Source: Octopus sinensis (Eukaryota). Taken from it: a DNA stretch of 64,000 nucleotides. Each line of letters begins with the position of its first letter. Within the stretch, counting starts at the first letter, position 1. The notes below the pieces were generated by a model, which was given only the letters and a program-made list of their open reading frames with translations, did not search any database and had not been told where the DNA came from. Positions 62,766 through 64,000 of this stretch are shown in pieces. Where the stretch lies: positions 496,001-560,000 of the forward strand of contig NW_021832432.1 of assembly GCF_006345805.1 (NCBI RefSeq), written 5' to 3'. The translations under genes were made by a program, and so were the position numbers.

Positions 62766-63397
62766 AGGATTAGAGGAAGAGCTGGAATGTGTAAATGGTG
62801 CAATAAGAGATGAAAGAAAGAAAGAAAGAAAGGAAGAAAGACGGAGAGCCAAGTATAAGCACCATCATAGCAGAATAAGTAGAATATAGGAGATGGTGGT
62901 GGTGGAGGGGAGGAGGAGAAGAAGAAATAAAAAGAGGGATCAAAGAAAAAGAAAGAAGAGGATGTGATGAATGAAAGAAGAGAATGATGGATAGAACAAC
63001 AAAAAGAAGGTTTGACAAAGAAAGGAAGGAAAGATGTAAGAGAGGAAAAATGGCCCTTGTGATAAGAAGCTCGCTTTTCAATCAGATGGTTGCAAGTTCA
63101 GTCCCATTGTGTGGCATCTTGGGTAAATGTCTTCTAGTTTAGCCCCCTGACCAACCAATGTCTTGTGAGTGAATTTGGTATATACGAGGTGGGTGTTGAA
63201 AAGTTCCTGGCTTGAAGGGTATCGCAAAAGGCTTGGCTGGAGGCTCAACTTACCAAGTTTTGTTTTTTTCAGAAAAACTGAAGGACCCCTGGAATAAGTG
63301 TGATTCTGAGAGGGGAATATGTTGTATAAAATCATAATTAACTGATCCTCTAGTGTTTTCTTTTACCCAAAGCTAGGAACTTTTCATCCCCCACCCA

Positions 63398-63438
<41 letters not shown>

Positions 63439-63774
63439 CATATATAGTACAAAGTAAGATAGGGGTTATGGGTTACAGCTGTAAGAAGTAATTTTTAGGA
63501 TTTCATTAATTTATACTATGACTTTTAAATCTGTATTGGTATTATTATCTTACCTATTGATTTATATAATATTTTTGTATGCTTTTGATGTTCGCATTTG
63601 AAAAATGAATAAATAATCCAACATTATAATATCTGTAAGTTGATGAACAAACCAAATTTGCTTCTCCATTTTCTTATTTGTAGTATATATATATATATAT
63701 ATATCCTTATCCTCTTGGAGATTTTGGGTAAAATTATACTAATGTGTCTTAATTTAATTAAATTCTATGTCTTC

Positions 63775-63868
63775 ATGCAGCTGAAGATTGCTCTACATTT
63801 TAAATTGATGTAATGAAATGATTGCCTTGTTCAATTAAATGGAGTCGCATGAAACAATCGTACTGCAT
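63775..63868 (+). ncRNA. Type I hammerhead ribozyme motif, slightly degenerate
   Basis: ATGCAG-CTGAAGA-tTGC(long loop)GCAt-GAAAC-AATC-GTA-CTGCAT, with a 6-bp stem I and an intact core. There is a U-U mismatch at the base of stem II. Confidence 0.68.
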
Positions 63869-64000
63869 TACCTCTGGATATCCTTGTTGCATATTTTGAT
63901 ATATATATATAAAGGGGTAAACCCCTCCCCCTGTTTGTCATGAATAACCATGGGATTGCACCTCGGAAGTTCCTCTCAAAGGCACAAGTCCAGACAAAGT

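Noticed and set aside
61427-62889. Long Gly/Ser/Thr/Val-rich ORFs up to 250 aa
   Set aside because: They come from trinucleotide low-complexity sequence open in several frames on both strands, with no splice or domain evidence.

Overview
AT-rich eukaryotic (animal) DNA dominated by microsatellites, tRNA-derived SINEs, MITEs and decayed LINE and DNA transposons. The SINE families look like those described from octopus, so the source is probably an Octopus genome (inference). Two host genes are supported. The first is the first coding exon of riboflavin kinase (RFK, minus strand, 124-223; absent from the ORF track, with the rest of the gene lying left of the window). The second is a complete glutaredoxin-3/PICOT ORF with no coding introns (12552-13532, +), preceded by a splice acceptor. 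The two genes point away from a CpG-richer unique segment at about 0.4-1.2 kb. Mobile elements include mariner, Tc1, hAT, Helitron/Helentron-type, piggyBac-like MITEs, RTE, CR1/L2, L1-Tx1, R4/Dong-like, Penelope remnants and a solo LTR. The most notable non-genic signals are: three type I hammerhead ribozyme motifs; SINE concatemers with one fixed junction inside single target-site duplications; modular head/tail swapping among SINEs; a Helitron carrying an LTR-like promoter whose start region is amplified as a 42-bp array; and a SINE-tail-derived minisatellite. Coordinates were read by eye and repeat boundaries are approximate.
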